NCBI GenBank assembly: GCA_903813345.2
Contig: CAIIXF020000001.1
Span: 36,084,001 to 36,148,000, forward strand
Reading direction: 5' to 3'
DNA: 64,000 nt
Origin: Owenia fusiformis
Taxonomy: Eukaryota
Shown here piece after piece: positions 12,960-27,424 of the stretch. Position numbers and translations under genes: made by a program. The notes under the pieces were generated by a model. That model was not told the origin of the DNA. It was given only the letters and a program-made list of their open reading frames with translations, and ran no database searches. The first letter of the stretch is position 1. Each line of letters starts with the position of its first letter.

Positions 12960-15527
12960 CATCATAAAAATGATTTAATTAAGAAAGTTCCCCTGCTACA
13001 GGTTGCTCTTATGTATCAAAGTAGCTTGTGTCAAATAGCAGGATTATTTCAAGGCTAAATTGAATCAAAGATTTTGCAATTTTGCAGATGGCAATGTTCA
13101 ATGGCATATATATCTTTTCACAAAGCATTAAGAAAGCCAGTTTACCCTTAATTCAATCCCATTGAGCATACATTCTGATTACCAGTGACTTTCTGCCAAT
13201 TATGAAGAACCCCAATCAGTACTGTATTGTCGCAGCTAGCCTCTTTTTCCCATTTCCCATAGATGCTGTATTTGCACTTCTGAGTTTCTGCTACGCTTTA
13301 ATTAACCAGGGCCCAACACGTAGCAGTGCAGTTGGACGAGCTAGGCGCTACTAGACAACCATTTATCATAGCTCTATTTGAAGCAAGAATTCATCGGGTG
13401 TTTCTATCATATTCAACATAGTTAGCTTTACATAGCACAAGGGAGGATGTACTGTATGTTAATGCAGAGTCGCTTGCTCGATAATTTGGAATAATTTCGT
13501 AAGTCTCACAGATCTTGAAGATTTTGGATATTTCCACTAAAAGTGATCTCTTGACGTATAACCTTTACTAAGTGGATATAGATGTAAATGTAATACTTCA
13601 TTTTAACATAGGACCATAGTGGACTAGGATCAAGAGGTAATTTACACTTATTAAAAGTAATGTAACATTGAAAAATATCAACACCACTCTTGTTTATTGA
13701 TTCTGAGTCTATGAATTAAGATAACTATTCTTGGGAAATCTTCAGCGAGACAAATTTTTACATGCATGAATGAATGTGTTTGTTTTGTTTGGAATTAAGA
13801 CCCAAATAAAAATCAGACATTTCTTAATTCAATGTGTTTTTCAAATCATCCCTCTTATCACTCATTAGGGTTTATTATGTTTACAAAAATGGCTGAACTA
13901 TAAGGCAGAAGCGTGCAGCTTCAGAAAGCTGTTTCATTTAAGGGTAAATGTTTGGAAAATGGGAAGTGTTTATTGCTAATACATTTATATAAAACAGCTT
14001 GCCTTCTATTAGTTTCAGATTACCATCAAGGTAAATAAAGCAGTGTGTCCCAGCTATAAATACTAAAATACTTATAAGTACATTACTACATGTTAATCAA
14101 AATCCTGCATGGAGGATTTTTAGATAGTAAATGTTTTATTTATATAGGGTGTAAGATGGAAAAATAGGTGTATGTTACAGTTAAAAGAATGTGTTATGTG
14201 CAATTATGGAATAATGTCAATAGTCATATCTACATGTATGAAAGTAAGAAAGCAATTTTTTAAAAGGGTGGTGAATATATGGTATATGCAATAACGAAAT
14301 AATATTGTTATTTTTTTATGATCAGTATAAGTATACTCGGATACTCAGTCTTCATTGTGATTGTCTGGAGGGAGATATCCAAAAATGAATAGAAGCTAAG
14401 TAAAGGGACAGAGAGTGTAAGATGTTAGTATTAATCTTCAAAAAGCATGGGAAATGGAAAAATAAGCATTTGTGTTTTCAAAATCTGGAAACAAACAAAA
14501 TATATATTATCTTGATGGGGTAATATAGATATTTGTGTGCAAGCTGCTATGTTTTAGCTACATGTGCTGCTGTATGTCATAATATATGGTAAGAATAGCA
14601 TATAGGAGAAGACTGTGTGGGATATGGCAGGATACCTTTTTTCTGTTTTAACACATTCTGCATGTATCCGAAACACATCTGGAGCATCTTTTTGGTTTCA
14701 TTAAAGAGAAACTAGTTATGCAACTTTGGTATTCTTCTCTTTGTTTGATTTTTATTTGTGTTCCCCCTGTTTGTTTACTTAATAAACAAACGCAGATTAA
14801 ATCAAGATTAAATAGATATCAATCATTGATGGTTTTTCTATATGCAGTCATATTCAAGCAAGACAAAGACTTGTATTAACAGGAACTGCACTATTGTTCA
14901 CTACAGTGTTATATCATTGGTGCTATTAATGTTGAACAATGCAAAAACCTGTTTCCAGCTGAATCTACATATTGAGCCCTCAAAACCATTCCTTGGCAAA
15001 TATTTAGATAAGTCAAGATGCCCAATCCATAGATTTAGAACCTCACACATATCAGAGTTCAGGTCTTTACCTCATTTAATAGACTGCATCCTTTACTTTT
15101 GTTTGAACTATCTTGGCTTACTTTCCTTCCAGTTTGATTTTCGATCATGAAAACTTCAGACTTAGGAAATCCAAGCTGCATCTTGATTTATATTGGTACT
15201 TCACAGCATCATCTCTAAATCTACCTGATCTTGAATTATGTTGTTCTTTCATACCCTGATTAACATTGATGGGAATTGCCAGACTTGATGAATCTTTTAT
15301 AGATATGGCTGAGAATGAACAATGATTCATATTGTGTAGATCCTAGCAACCATTTGTTAATGTACTTTCCTCAATTCCTATTTGGTTTACAGTTTGTACC
15401 AGGATATCTTCACATGATCAAAGATTAGCACTTATAGTTTGTATCAATATATCCATTTATACGTAAAGCATGTGTAAAGCATGTATCGATATATGTATCA
15501 GTTTATGATAAAAATGTTATTCACACA

Positions 15528-15646
15528 TAGATAGGCAAGGTGTGTCTGATTCCAGCCAATCCGATGACACTATTTCACATACCTACATTCCATTATATAA
15601 CCAATAACCAACTCAAGGTCATGAGGTAAATGGTTGTCAAGGTGAC
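15528..15646. repeat. Dispersed repeat fragment; inverted copy at ~31830-31933
   Basis: TAGGCAAGGTGTGTCTGATTCCA...AACCAATAACCAACT...AAATGGTTGTCAAGGTGA matches the reverse complement of 31830-31933. Confidence 0.75.
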
Positions 15647-17609
15647 AATTCTGCAGATTGAAATTGATAAGTTGCCAGTTAAATTCTTAAGTATATGTTG
15701 GGTTTATATGTAGCTCCCCAACCTCATCTCAAAATGGAAGTGATGTTTTGTTTAATTTATTTGCATTGTAGAATTATGAGTTTGAAAACATTCAATGCCA
15801 CATCGTTTGCATCTTAGGTTTTTGCCAAAAGGAAAAAAGATAACATTAACATTTTTACACATTAACATTAACATTTAAGTTTAACTCAAAAATATATTAG
15901 TAAAATGTTGGTGCCTAGTAGATCTACCACTCCCATGGGAGGAACATCAACAAAGGATATAACTACAAAGTACAACATTAAAATTTATGAACTGCAAGAA
16001 TTCTGTTCTGTTGTTCAGTGTTTCTTGCATTTCCAATGACCCAATTTATCACAGAATTTATAATTCCCTAGTTGTTTCATTATGTAATAAATAATAGCGA
16101 ATGATCCATTAATAAAACTCACTTTTGACAGTTTTGTTACTATAGCTACCATGGGACAGAAATTTACCCCATAATATACTTATTCACTTCCTGAGGCTTC
16201 TAAGACAAAAGTGTAAATTACAATTAGCCATTATTAATGCTCAGGGGCTGATCCCAGCCAACAAGTCACAGGACCTAACTAAGTTTGCTCCTTGTTGAAA
16301 TTCAATTAATATTTCATCTTGGTGATGATCAGTACAGAATCTTTCCCAATGGGCTCTACAGATCTAAATCCTCGAAAACAAAAGGATTACTATAATGCAT
16401 TAGAGTGTACTGGGAGCGCAAACTTTGATTGCTCTTCCAAATTGTAATGCATTGTTATTTTGTGGTGTCGTTATTTGATAGAGTATTTATATAAACCAAT
16501 AGGCAATATCTTCTAATTCGGAGTTGGTTTATATTTTGCAAAATTGACATTTTTTAATATACTTTGACTCAATACAACAGGAAATTGATGATTGAAATTG
16601 ATGAATATATTAAATGATGAAAACTTTATAAATAATAAATGTACTAATTTATATGTGATCATTTTGTAAAAATGTTTTGTTGAAAAGTGATGTGGATTTG
16701 TTTGTTAAATGTCTTTATGTTCATCGATGGGCCCCTCAATGTCACGATGCATTAATGTGACAACTTGTTGTTTCTTGTTGCTTCATCACTTGGCATTCTA
16801 ATCGTGTAGCAAATAATTGAAGTTTTATGTCTTATGATGAGAGGAGAAAATCCTATTATACAAAATAATAGAAATGTATATTCAATTTTTCAAATTGTTA
16901 CAATATTGACAGACAATTCCACCAGTTTTTGGCAATGGGAAGATTTTTCTTCCTGCTTGGATAGATCTGTTGAAGAAAGGAGACTCGCCAGTCATGCTAC
17001 AGACTTTAAGGTATTGATACCTCCTTTCTCAGGAACAAAACCAACTTGTTGTACTAAATACCCTTAGTACAGCCCCTGCAAGGTGGTAACAATTACAGTT
17101 GTTTTTTCATGAGACATTCTATTTCAGTAATTTTATGGCATACATAATTTCTTCGACAGGGACCAAGAAGGCAATATATGAGGTGATGTCTTTGTTAATG
17201 AAAGGAATGTAGTGTTGACTATAACTTACCAATGTTACATCTCATCATGCTAGAGAGCAATTTACTCTCCTCTTCTGTCCTAGGGAGATAGTGCCATTAT
17301 AAAGTGAATATGTCCAAATATGGAGACAGATTTGTGTTACATTGTAATAGATTAAATGTTGGCAGTCCAGTTATCCCATTATTATGAAGCCCCCAGTCTG
17401 TCAGCCTGTCTGTCTGTTCAAGTGATAACTCAAACATGAACTGATTTCCCTTATATTCTAACTTAGGGACCTGATTTCCCTTGTATATTACTGTAAAAAA
17501 GGCCTGTAACTTTTGAACTATCAAAAATCACCAAATTAAGTTATGATAATCAATGAAAGTTAACCATTGATTAAATTGTGAGAACATTCAGAAAAACAAC
17601 ATGGATTAA

Positions 17610-18440
17610 AGGCCCCATGTAAAGTTTAAACCACTTTGGCTTATATTGTAGTCTTACCCAATGTTATCAAAGTGTGATATGTGAATTTTTTTTTTTAGAT
17701 TTCAAAAAGTGGTTTTTGATAGACTTTTTGTTCCAAAATTTGTGAATTTATTTAAAACCAACTTTTAGAGGTCACTCATATCTTCTAATTAGCCACAATT
17801 CATACCAATGCATAGCATTCATCCTCCCATGTTTTTTGCCGAAAAAATTAAGAAAATCGGTTCATAAATAAGCGAGAAATGAACTTATCAGTGCATGAAA
17901 ATGGTTCTGAGAAAAATGCATTTCAAAATTTTAGTTCTCATAGAAACCAATGGTACAATGATATCTAAAACATAAGTTATTCTTCCTTTTAACCTGGTTA
18001 GACAATCAACATTGTTTTTTATGAAAGTCTAACATATTTAGAAAAGACTGACATCGAAAAAAAAATTTCAATTTTTTTCAAAAGGTTTTTGGTACCTTAG
18101 TGACATCACTAATGTTTCAAAATATTTTTGATATGCTAAAACATTGAAGTGGCCCATTAAATATGGCATTTTATAATTGAAATAGTGTGTCCTTTGTTCA
18201 ATCTTTGCATTGGTGTTAAAAAGATAATCTTTTTTTAAATGCATTGAGAAATATTTGATGATTAAGAAATTTCAACTTTTTTTGAAAAATGGCGGGAAAT
18301 TTGAATATTTGAGAAATGAAATGCTCACAACTTTTTTTTCAAAAATATTTTTTTGTTCAAAAATCTCTAAAATCACTTTTTAAGTCCTGACAAATAGTAA
18401 ATGAATGATAAAAAATATTTTCAAACTTTAGACGGGGACT
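17610..18440. mobile_element. Kolobok-like non-autonomous element (831 bp)
   Basis: TTAA on both sides (17606-17609 / 18441-18444). Imperfect TIR AGGCCCCATGTAAAGTTT / AGTCCCCGTCTAAAGTTT. Purine-purine termini with TTAA fit Kolobok rather than piggyBac. Confidence 0.7.
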
Positions 18441-19316
18441 TTAAACAAATGTTTCACTTTTATAGAATTACAGATGTACTTAATTGTACACATTTATTAT
18501 TAGGGAGATTTTCAGACATTTTGATGATATACAGCCATGCTTTTACTGAATAATTTTTTAATAGAAATAGATTATGCAATCATTGGAATGTCATATACCT
18601 AATAACTGAGTGAATGATGGTCTCTGGGTCTAGATATATCTTTCTTACTTCATACAGGATAGGTATAATTTGCTTTTGAGTTATAGTTAGTTTCATAGAA
18701 TGTATTAATGCCAAGGGAATTTATGCATCTTTTGCGTCCCATAGGGCCAATTGTTATCTTAGATATATATATTTTGCATAGGTTAATACAGAATACTGAA
18801 ATTTCCCATCTCAATTCAAAAGCCTGGAAATAAATGCAAATTGATATCCTTATTTAAATACAAAAATTGGTTTATTACAAAAATATAATTTGAAATATAG
18901 ATGAGAAATATGTTTGTTATTGGTAATTATGTTGATTATCCTTTATGGAATATTTCCTAAAAATTGGTTTGTTGGTTTAGGTCCCATACTAGTTGATGAA
19001 AGTCTGTAATTGTTACATTTAAGTGTGACATTATAGTTTTGTGCAAGGACATTTGTGTATTTGATGGATGAAGTGGCATATCAAGCTAACATTTTCATCA
19101 ATAACACGATTATAAGGATCAATCTATATACTTTGCGGTAAAATAGAATCAATCTTCAAGATCAATACTGTACTATAAGGCACCTTTAAGTTTAGTCTAA
19201 GTTATGGAATGAGGAGAATGAAACACATTAATGATATTATATAATTGCAAATACTATCAATAATAGTATGTGAGTAGTAAATAACCTGAGGGTACCAACT
19301 TGTGTTATTATTTCAG

Positions 19317-19409
19317 CATCGTAGATAGTGCAAGTAGTTCAAGGTGGGGAAGTATCTGAGAAGTATCTAACACATCTCTTGCCACCTCATTACATCAAGG
19401 AGGATCTTG
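19317..19409 (+). other. Candidate non-coding exon (93 nt)
   Basis: tgtgttattatttcag acceptor and G|gtaagt donor. Stops in all three frames. Confidence 0.4.
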
Positions 19410-20804
19410 GTAAGTGATTTACAGGCTTATTACATATTTTGGAGATTATTTAGAGAAAGAAACATAAGTAGATTCCACTGTATCAAACTCCAGCTAACTG
19501 TGTTTTTAATGAACTAAAAGCAATATAAAATAGGATTTTTTTCCCAGGTTATTTTCTCATTGATGGAATATGGTCTCTTAAAATTACATATAGGAAGAAA
19601 AAATATCATGGAAATGACAACTTGGAGTTTGTGTACTGTATTGAGTTCGAGTAATGAGATAAAACAGGTTCATTAAAAATTTATAGTTCTTTTGCTGAAG
19701 AGTTAGAATTGTCGCTTTTATGCCTATACAACACATGTAGGGGGATGCCATATCATTGATCAAAATTTAGACCATAAGATCGCATTGAGCACCTAACTAT
19801 TTACCCATGTCAGAATTATTTTACATACAAGCTAGTCCCAACTTACCTCACCCAATATGTTTAATTCTACTCTAAATTATACATCAGAATGCAAGATATT
19901 AAAGTCAACCCGATTCAAATAGACTTTCTTCATGACCCATTCACAGTCTTGCTTTAAATTCTCTAAATCCCTCCCCCCACTAGCTACACGTCTCTCCTCT
20001 GAAGTAGATAAGGGATTGGATGGGGCGTAAATTAGCTATATTGTTGATGGTTGCTGGAATGCGATCATTTCCACTTTGCAGGATAAAATATTAAGATTAC
20101 TGTCCCTTATAAAAAATCCGACCTTGAAATTCCGAAAACAAACCATCGCAAGCAATCATCGATTAATGATTGCTTCAACCATTTAGATCAAAGGAAAAAC
20201 CATTGCAAAATGACATGCAATCATTGTGCAACCATCGGCTGTAACCATTAGAATTTCACTCTTTGCAATGGTTAAGCAACCATTAACATGTGATCATTGC
20301 ATTTTTAAATGCAACCATCTACAACCATTACTCATTGAAATCTGCAATGGTTGCAATGGTCGCATTCAATCATTGAACATTTTTACAACTGCAACCATCA
20401 TGAGTTTTAATTCAGTGAAATGACCGTAGAACATGTAGAAGTATGTCTGAAGAAATGTTGATGTTAATGCATGTCCACAATGTAATTACTGTACATCTTT
20501 ATTGGAGAGGGGTAAAAGTTAACCTTTCGGAGATCAATCAATTCTAACAGGGGCTTTTGCCTCTAAAATGGGGTCACACAAGGTTGCCTTATATAAACAA
20601 CTTTTAATAATAATATATATTTTCTTCTTTTTACCATATAACTGCCTTCAAAGTATGATATCAATTGATTTTGATAAAAAGGAAGTACTTTAGATGAGCA
20701 AGAGAACATAAAATTTGAAAAATGACAATAAGATGGAACCCAAACGGTGCAAATGTCTGCAATAGTAAAAATCTGCATGGCCCAATGTTTTGGTGTTTCA
20801 GTAA

Positions 20805-20989
20805 CAGGCCCGTAGCCAGAATTTTCCAAGGGGGGGTCACTTTTCCCAAAAATTCTAGGGGGGGGTTCACTTTGGCAAATTTGGCCAAAAATCATACAAA
20901 AAATGGTCAGAATGGTGAAAAACTACATGATTTTGAAAGAAATTTTGGCCAGGGGGGGTTCGCCCGAACCCCCCCTGGCTACGGGCCTG
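20805..20989. mobile_element. hAT-like MITE with 5-bp TSD (185 bp)
   Basis: Perfect 15-bp TIR CAGGCCCGTAGCCAG. Perfect TSD AGTAA (20800-20804 / 20990-20994). Confidence 0.9.
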
Positions 20990-23900
20990 AGTAATAAAAC
21001 ACTCTCTAATGCTTCAATAAAGGTAATGTGGCATGTATAAAAGGTACAGGGTGATAGAAACTTTACCCAAACAAATATCTCTGCGGGTATCTATGGTGGC
21101 TTTGGAATATGATGATATCCCTATGATAAGTCCATAGTGGATGTATACGTCCCATGTTAAGTCAATACCACTTGCCTAAATCCTCATTTTCTAAATGAAA
21201 GTTTCTGTTACCAGAAAAATATACCATAACCCAGTGTAGACAATATATGTAGAACACTATGCAGTAGTTGGTTTTTGTAGCCGACACCTGGACAATCAAC
21301 TCCTTATCTAGAGCTCTTAGAAAAATCGGCCCAGGGACTATAAGTCTCGACTGAAGTAGACTGAATAAGGCATAATTATAATTGAAAGCCAATTGTGCAA
21401 GTAAAACAAAAGCTTCTGAATAATTTTCACTGAAATTGAAATAAGTGAAATACATGTAATGTCTATGTTATTGGACCTTAATCCCTATCATAACAATAAC
21501 AGTCATACATGACCAGACATATCCTGTCTGAGTCCTTGATGACAGTGACCAGGTAGACATTGCAATTACTACCACTGAATTAAGAGTAACAGAAGACTTA
21601 TAATCAGGACCATGAATTAATAATCCTATAATCCTTTAGGTTTTTACCCAGGGCTTTTTATCACAACATTCTTTAGTGAAAACAATTACTTGTATATTTT
21701 TTTTTCTAACTTAAAAGACAGGAGACATATGATTTACAGAATCTTAAGAGAATAGAATCATAACTAAAAATACTTATTGTGGGATGCAACAATTATAATT
21801 GAAACTGACTCAGCTTAAGATTCAGCTGATATATAATAGGAGACTCTGATAGATCACAATGTATACTTTTTATTCCATGGATACATTTTTTACCTCATTG
21901 AAATTTCATGTTTCACTGTTGTAAAAAGGGACATCTTTTTTCAGACAATTAATACAATTTGAGTAATTCTTAAATAATATGAATTCATAAAATAGAAGTG
22001 ATGTTTTGGTTCACTCCAGGTTTTTCAAATTATCCAGCAGTTTTTAAAAAATTTCAAGCAGAAACTCCATCCCAATGATCGGTTATAGCCAGCTTTTCTT
22101 TTGCCAAGGGATTTTAGATTTCTTAAATTCCTGGGTTTTCACATTATATTTTTAGCCCCCCCCCCACCTCCATCCCAATTATAGTGTATGGCACAGCCAG
22201 CTTTTCGTTTGCCAAGGGACTTCAGATTTCTATAATTCCAGGGAGTTTACATTAGATTTTTTGCCTGAAATCACTTGAAAACTGGGTCATCAGTGCATTT
22301 TCTTGAAAAATCTTGGACAAGTTTATCATCACCTCTGATTCTGTGGGGAGGGGAGGGGGGTTACCCAAATATAAGTCTGGAGAAAAGGACTGAATGCCTA
22401 GGTATGATTTAAACAAGAATGAAAGTAAAGTACAGACTACTGAATACATTTACTGAAATGGAAACAAGTCTGATTTTAGTTTCTGTTGATATCTAGATTG
22501 ATGTACTGGTAAGGGGGGGGGGGTAATAACTGTAGTTTTATAAAATGAAAAAACAATTTAATTTCTAAATGTACAAGAGACTTCTTGGTCTTCAATAATG
22601 CACATTGCTCGAATATAAAATAAAGTTGTGGGCAGAAAATAGTAAGATAAAACATGCATCAAACCTTTTATTATGTTTTACTTAAAAGCACAGACAAGAA
22701 TTGAATTTGATTGGGATGTCTGATTTCTCTGATTAAACTGTCTTAAAATAACAATGAGCCTGGTGGCCTTTTAAGTTTTGTTACTTATATAACTTTTTAG
22801 AGAACATAGATCAAGCTTATTTTATACATCTGATTCAGTGGAAAAATTTATGATTCTTAGTTCTTGTTTGGTTGGGAAAACCACTTATCTTGGTTATTTT
22901 GATTTTCACACTATGAATATCAAACTACATGTATCTCTAAAGATTAGTAAATCACTTATTTGTATACTGTTTTAAAGAACATAGTCTACAATCAAGCTTT
23001 TTTCATACATCTGATTCATTGGAAAGAATTGTGATTCCAAGTTTACAATGAACCCCCTGGGTTTTTGTTGGGTTTGGAAAACCACTTATCTTGCTAATTT
23101 TGATTTTCACACTAGAACATCAAACTATCTCTAAAGATTTGTAAATCTTATTAGTCAAATATCATCTTTTCAGTAGTTATAAGATATTTCACTATTCAGG
23201 ATTTTATAACATGATCTCTATGAGGAATTAGCACCAAGATTAAGAAATCAATGCCACATGTAAATTCTCATTTTTTAAAAAGCTAAAACTTTTTATCATA
23301 TAAAGCAAAAATCGCAAAAATTGCAAAAATGTTATTATCTGGAAACAGTATTTGTAAAATTATTTTCAAATTATAATTTACCAGTTGGCATGACAACTGT
23401 CAATGCAAATAATAACAATAACAAAGTAATTAGCCATCCAACCAAAATGGCCGACTTAATTAGCTATCCGACCAATATGGCCGACTTTAATTAGCCATCC
23501 GACCAAAATGGCCGACAATGCAACACATTTAATTGAAGCAATGTAAACTATTAGATATTACCAAAAGAAAAGTCATGGAACTTTAAACTTTGAAAATCAG
23601 CTTATTGAGATTGATTAGAAATTGTTTGTATATTACTTGTCTATAATGACGTATATATAACTAGTAGTTGTTTTAAAGCATAAAAGACATCTTCACGTTT
23701 CTACCATGTATTAAATATGTCTTGTTATTAGCATTGGCTAAGCCAGGGGATGGGGGAGGTGTTATCAATTGTATTCTTAAAAAAATCACAATTGTGTACA
23801 TGTATATTTCTAATGAGTCAAATCAGTTTTGTTGTACTTTGTAACAAAAATCTTGGGTCAATTAACATGGCAGGTATATAAGAAGGTTCTCTTAACCTGA

Positions 23901-24186
23901 ATATCAGTTTTCGTTTAACCCTTATGTGTATCATAATTATACAATTGAAGATATGTAAAAGAAAATATTATATGTCCAACCCTAGAACAGATATTTTACT
24001 TTATGTGATTTTATAACATGGTGTCAATGGGGAATCTCCCTGACCTAGAAGCCACATTTTCAAAGAAAATTAAAATTTTAACTTATACTGAAACTGAAAT
24101 AATCTTTAATTTTAGTTTCTGTTGATTAATATATTGGTGTACTGGTTGAAGGAGGGGGGGTAACCCAAATATTAGTCTGGACTAAA

Positions 24187-24212
24187 CATGGGCTCTACGA
24201 AAAGAGCCCATG
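24187..24212. mobile_element. 26-bp CATGGGC...GCCCATG hairpin with diverged 7-bp TSD (putative P-superfamily excision footprint)
   Basis: 10-bp perfect stem. Flanks GACTAAA / GACCGAT. Paralogous repeat units near 24715 and 26016 carry a single GACTGAA and no hairpin. Confidence 0.5.
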
Positions 24213-27200
24213 GACCGATGTCAGGGCTGAGTGCTTTGGCATAATTCATAGTTATGTGCAAGTAAAACAGAGACTTTTGAATAACATTTCCTGAAATTGA
24301 AGTCTTTATTTCAGTTTCTGTTGATATCTAGATTGATGTTCTGGTAGAATCAAATCAAACCGAAATCAAACATAAGTTTGGATTGAAGTTAGGACTGAAC
24401 AGTTGGGCATCATTCAAAATTGTGTGCAACTTAAACATTACTGAATAACATTTACTGAAATTAAAATAAGTCTTTATTTCTGTTTCTGTTTCTGTTGAGT
24501 CTTTATTTAGTTTTTGTTGATATCTAGATTTATGTACTGGTAAAAGGGGGGGGGGGGTTAAAACAGATATTAGTCTAGACTAAGGTTAGGACAATTGGGC
24601 ATAATTCAAAACTATGTGCAAGTTAAACATTACTGAATGACATTTACTGTTGAGTCTTAGTTTAGTTTTTGCTGATATCTAGATTGATGTACTGGTGGAA
24701 GGGATCAAATATAAGTCTGGACTGAAGTTAGATTTGAATGCTTTGGAATATTGGAATAAATGGTATAATTATAAAAATGAAAAAATAATTTAATCTCTAA
24801 GGATTTGTAAATCTTATTAGTCAAATATCATCTTTTCAGTAGTTATCAAGATATTTCACTTTTCAGGATTTTATAACATGAGCTCTATGAGGAATTAGAC
24901 CCAAGATTAAAAAATCAATGCCACATGTAAATTCTCATTTTTTAAAAAGCGAAAACTTTTTATCATATAAAGCAAAAATCGCCAAAAATAATTTTACAAA
25001 AAATAAAAAATAATTTTACAAATGCTGTTTCCAGATAATAAATTTATCTGGAAACAGCATTTGTAAAATTATTTTCAAATTATCATTTACCAGTTGGCAT
25101 GACAACTATCAATGCAAATAATAACAATAACAAAGTAATTAGCCATCCAACCAAAATGGCTGACTTAATTAGCTATCCGACCAAAATGGCCGACTTTAAT
25201 TAGCCATCCGACCAAGATGGCCGACAATGCAATACATTTAATTGAAGCAATGTAAAGTATTAGATATTACCAAAAGAAAGTCATGGAACTTTAAACTTTT
25301 GAATATCAGCTTATTGAGATTGATTAGAAATTTTTTATATTACTTGTCTATAATGATGTATATATAACTAGTAGCTGTTTTAAAGCATATAAGACATTTT
25401 CACGTTTCTACCATGTATTAACTGTGTCTTGTTATTAGCATTGGCTAAGCCAGGGGGTGGGGGAGGTGTTATCAATTGTATTCTTAAAAAAGAGCCCATG
25501 GACCGAAGTCAGGGCTGAGTGCTTTTGCATAATTCGTAGCAGTTATGTGCAAGTAAAACAGAGACTTCTGAATAACATTTACTGAAATTGAAGTCTTTAC
25601 TTCAGTTTATGTTGATATCTAGATTGATGTTCTGGTAGAATCAAATCAAACCAAAATCAAACATTAGTTTGGATTGAAGTTAGGACTGAACAATTGGGCA
25701 TCATTCAAAATTGTGTGCAACTTAAACATTACTGAATAACATTTACTGAAATTGAAATTAGTCTTTATTTCTGTTTCTGTTGAGTCTTTATTTAGTTTTT
25801 GTTGGTATCTAGATTGATGTACTGGTAAAAGGGGGAGGGGGGGGGGGTTAAAACAAATATTAGTCTAGACTAAGGTTAGGACAATTGGGCATAATTCAAA
25901 ACTATGTGCAAGTTAAACATTATTGAATAACATTTACTGTTGAGTCTTTGTTTAGTTTTTGCTGATATCTAGATTGATGTATTGGTGGAAGGGAGGGGGG
26001 TTTAATCAAATATAAGTCTGGACTGAAGTTAGATTTGAATGGTTTGGAATATTGGAATAAATGGTACAATTATAAAAATAATAAAATAATTTAATTTTTT
26101 AAATACACAAGAGACTACTTGGTCTTCTGTGATGCAAATAGCCTTAATATAAGATAAAATTGGAGGCAGAAATAGTAGATTAAACAGGCATCAAACCTTG
26201 TGTAATGTTTAACTAAATGTTAAGAAGCACAGACAAGAATTTGATTGGGATGTCTGATTGCTCTGATTATATTTGTCTTAAAATAACAAAGAGTCTGACG
26301 GCCTTTTAAGTTTTGTTACTTGTATAACTTATTGAGAACATAGTCTCCGATCAAGCTTATTTTATACATCTGACTCATTGAAAAGATTTATGATTCTTAG
26401 GTTTTTATTTGGTTGGGAAAACTACTTATCTTGCTTATTTTGATTTTCACACTTTGAAGATCAAACTTAAGATTAGTAATTCACTTATCTTGCTAATTTT
26501 AGTTGAAGTTTAAGGACATAAGACTTCTTCAAAAGTTCATCATGCATTTTATTTATTCTTTGGATTAAGCGAGTGTCAAATATCATCTTTTCAGTACTTA
26601 TCAAGATATTTCACTTTTCAGGATTTTATAAAATGAGCTCTAAGAGGAATTAGACCCAAGATTAAGAAATCAATGCCACATGGTAAATTCTCATTTTTTA
26701 AATTAGCTAAAACTCTTTATCATATAAAGCAAAAATCGCAAAAAATGTTATTATCCGGAAACATCATTTGTAAAATTATTTTCAAATTATCATTTATCAG
26801 TTGGCATGACAACTGTCAACACAAATAATAACAATAACAAAGTAATTAGCCATCCAACCAAAATGGCTGACTTAATTAGCTATCCGACCAAAATGGCCGA
26901 CTTTAATTAGCCATCCGACCAAAATGGCCGACAATGCAACACATTTAAATGAAGCACTGTAAAGTATTAGATGTTACCAACTCTAAGAAAAGTCATTAGC
27001 TTGAAAGTTTTGAATATCATTTTCTTATGTTTCTTTTCTATAATAGCAGAAATATACTGTAACTATGTACATGTAGTTGTTTTAAAGCATGGGGATTTTC
27101 AGATTTCTACATGTATTCATCATGTCTTGGTTTTGTCATTAGCATTGGCTAAGCCAGGGGTTGGGGAGGGGGAAAGGTGTGATCAATTGTATTCTTAAAA

Positions 27201-27424
27201 ATCATGATTGAGTATATCTCTAATGAGTCAAATCAGTTTTCTAAACTTTGTAATCCAACAGGGTATTCATTTTATGTTCTCAAAAATACTCTTTATTATA
27301 TAATAGCAAAACTCTTTGGTAAATTAACATGGCAGGTAATATAAAAGAAGGTTCCCTTAAAGTTGAATATTCATCAGATTAAGTGGATCATTTTTCGTGT
27401 CACCCTTATGTGTCGCATAATTAT

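Noticed and set aside
15145..15345. Minus-strand peptide SLAIPINVNQGMKE faintly like the LINE reverse-transcriptase GVxQG region
   Set aside because: The QG and YADD motifs are absent and the frame closes. Similarity is too weak without a profile search.
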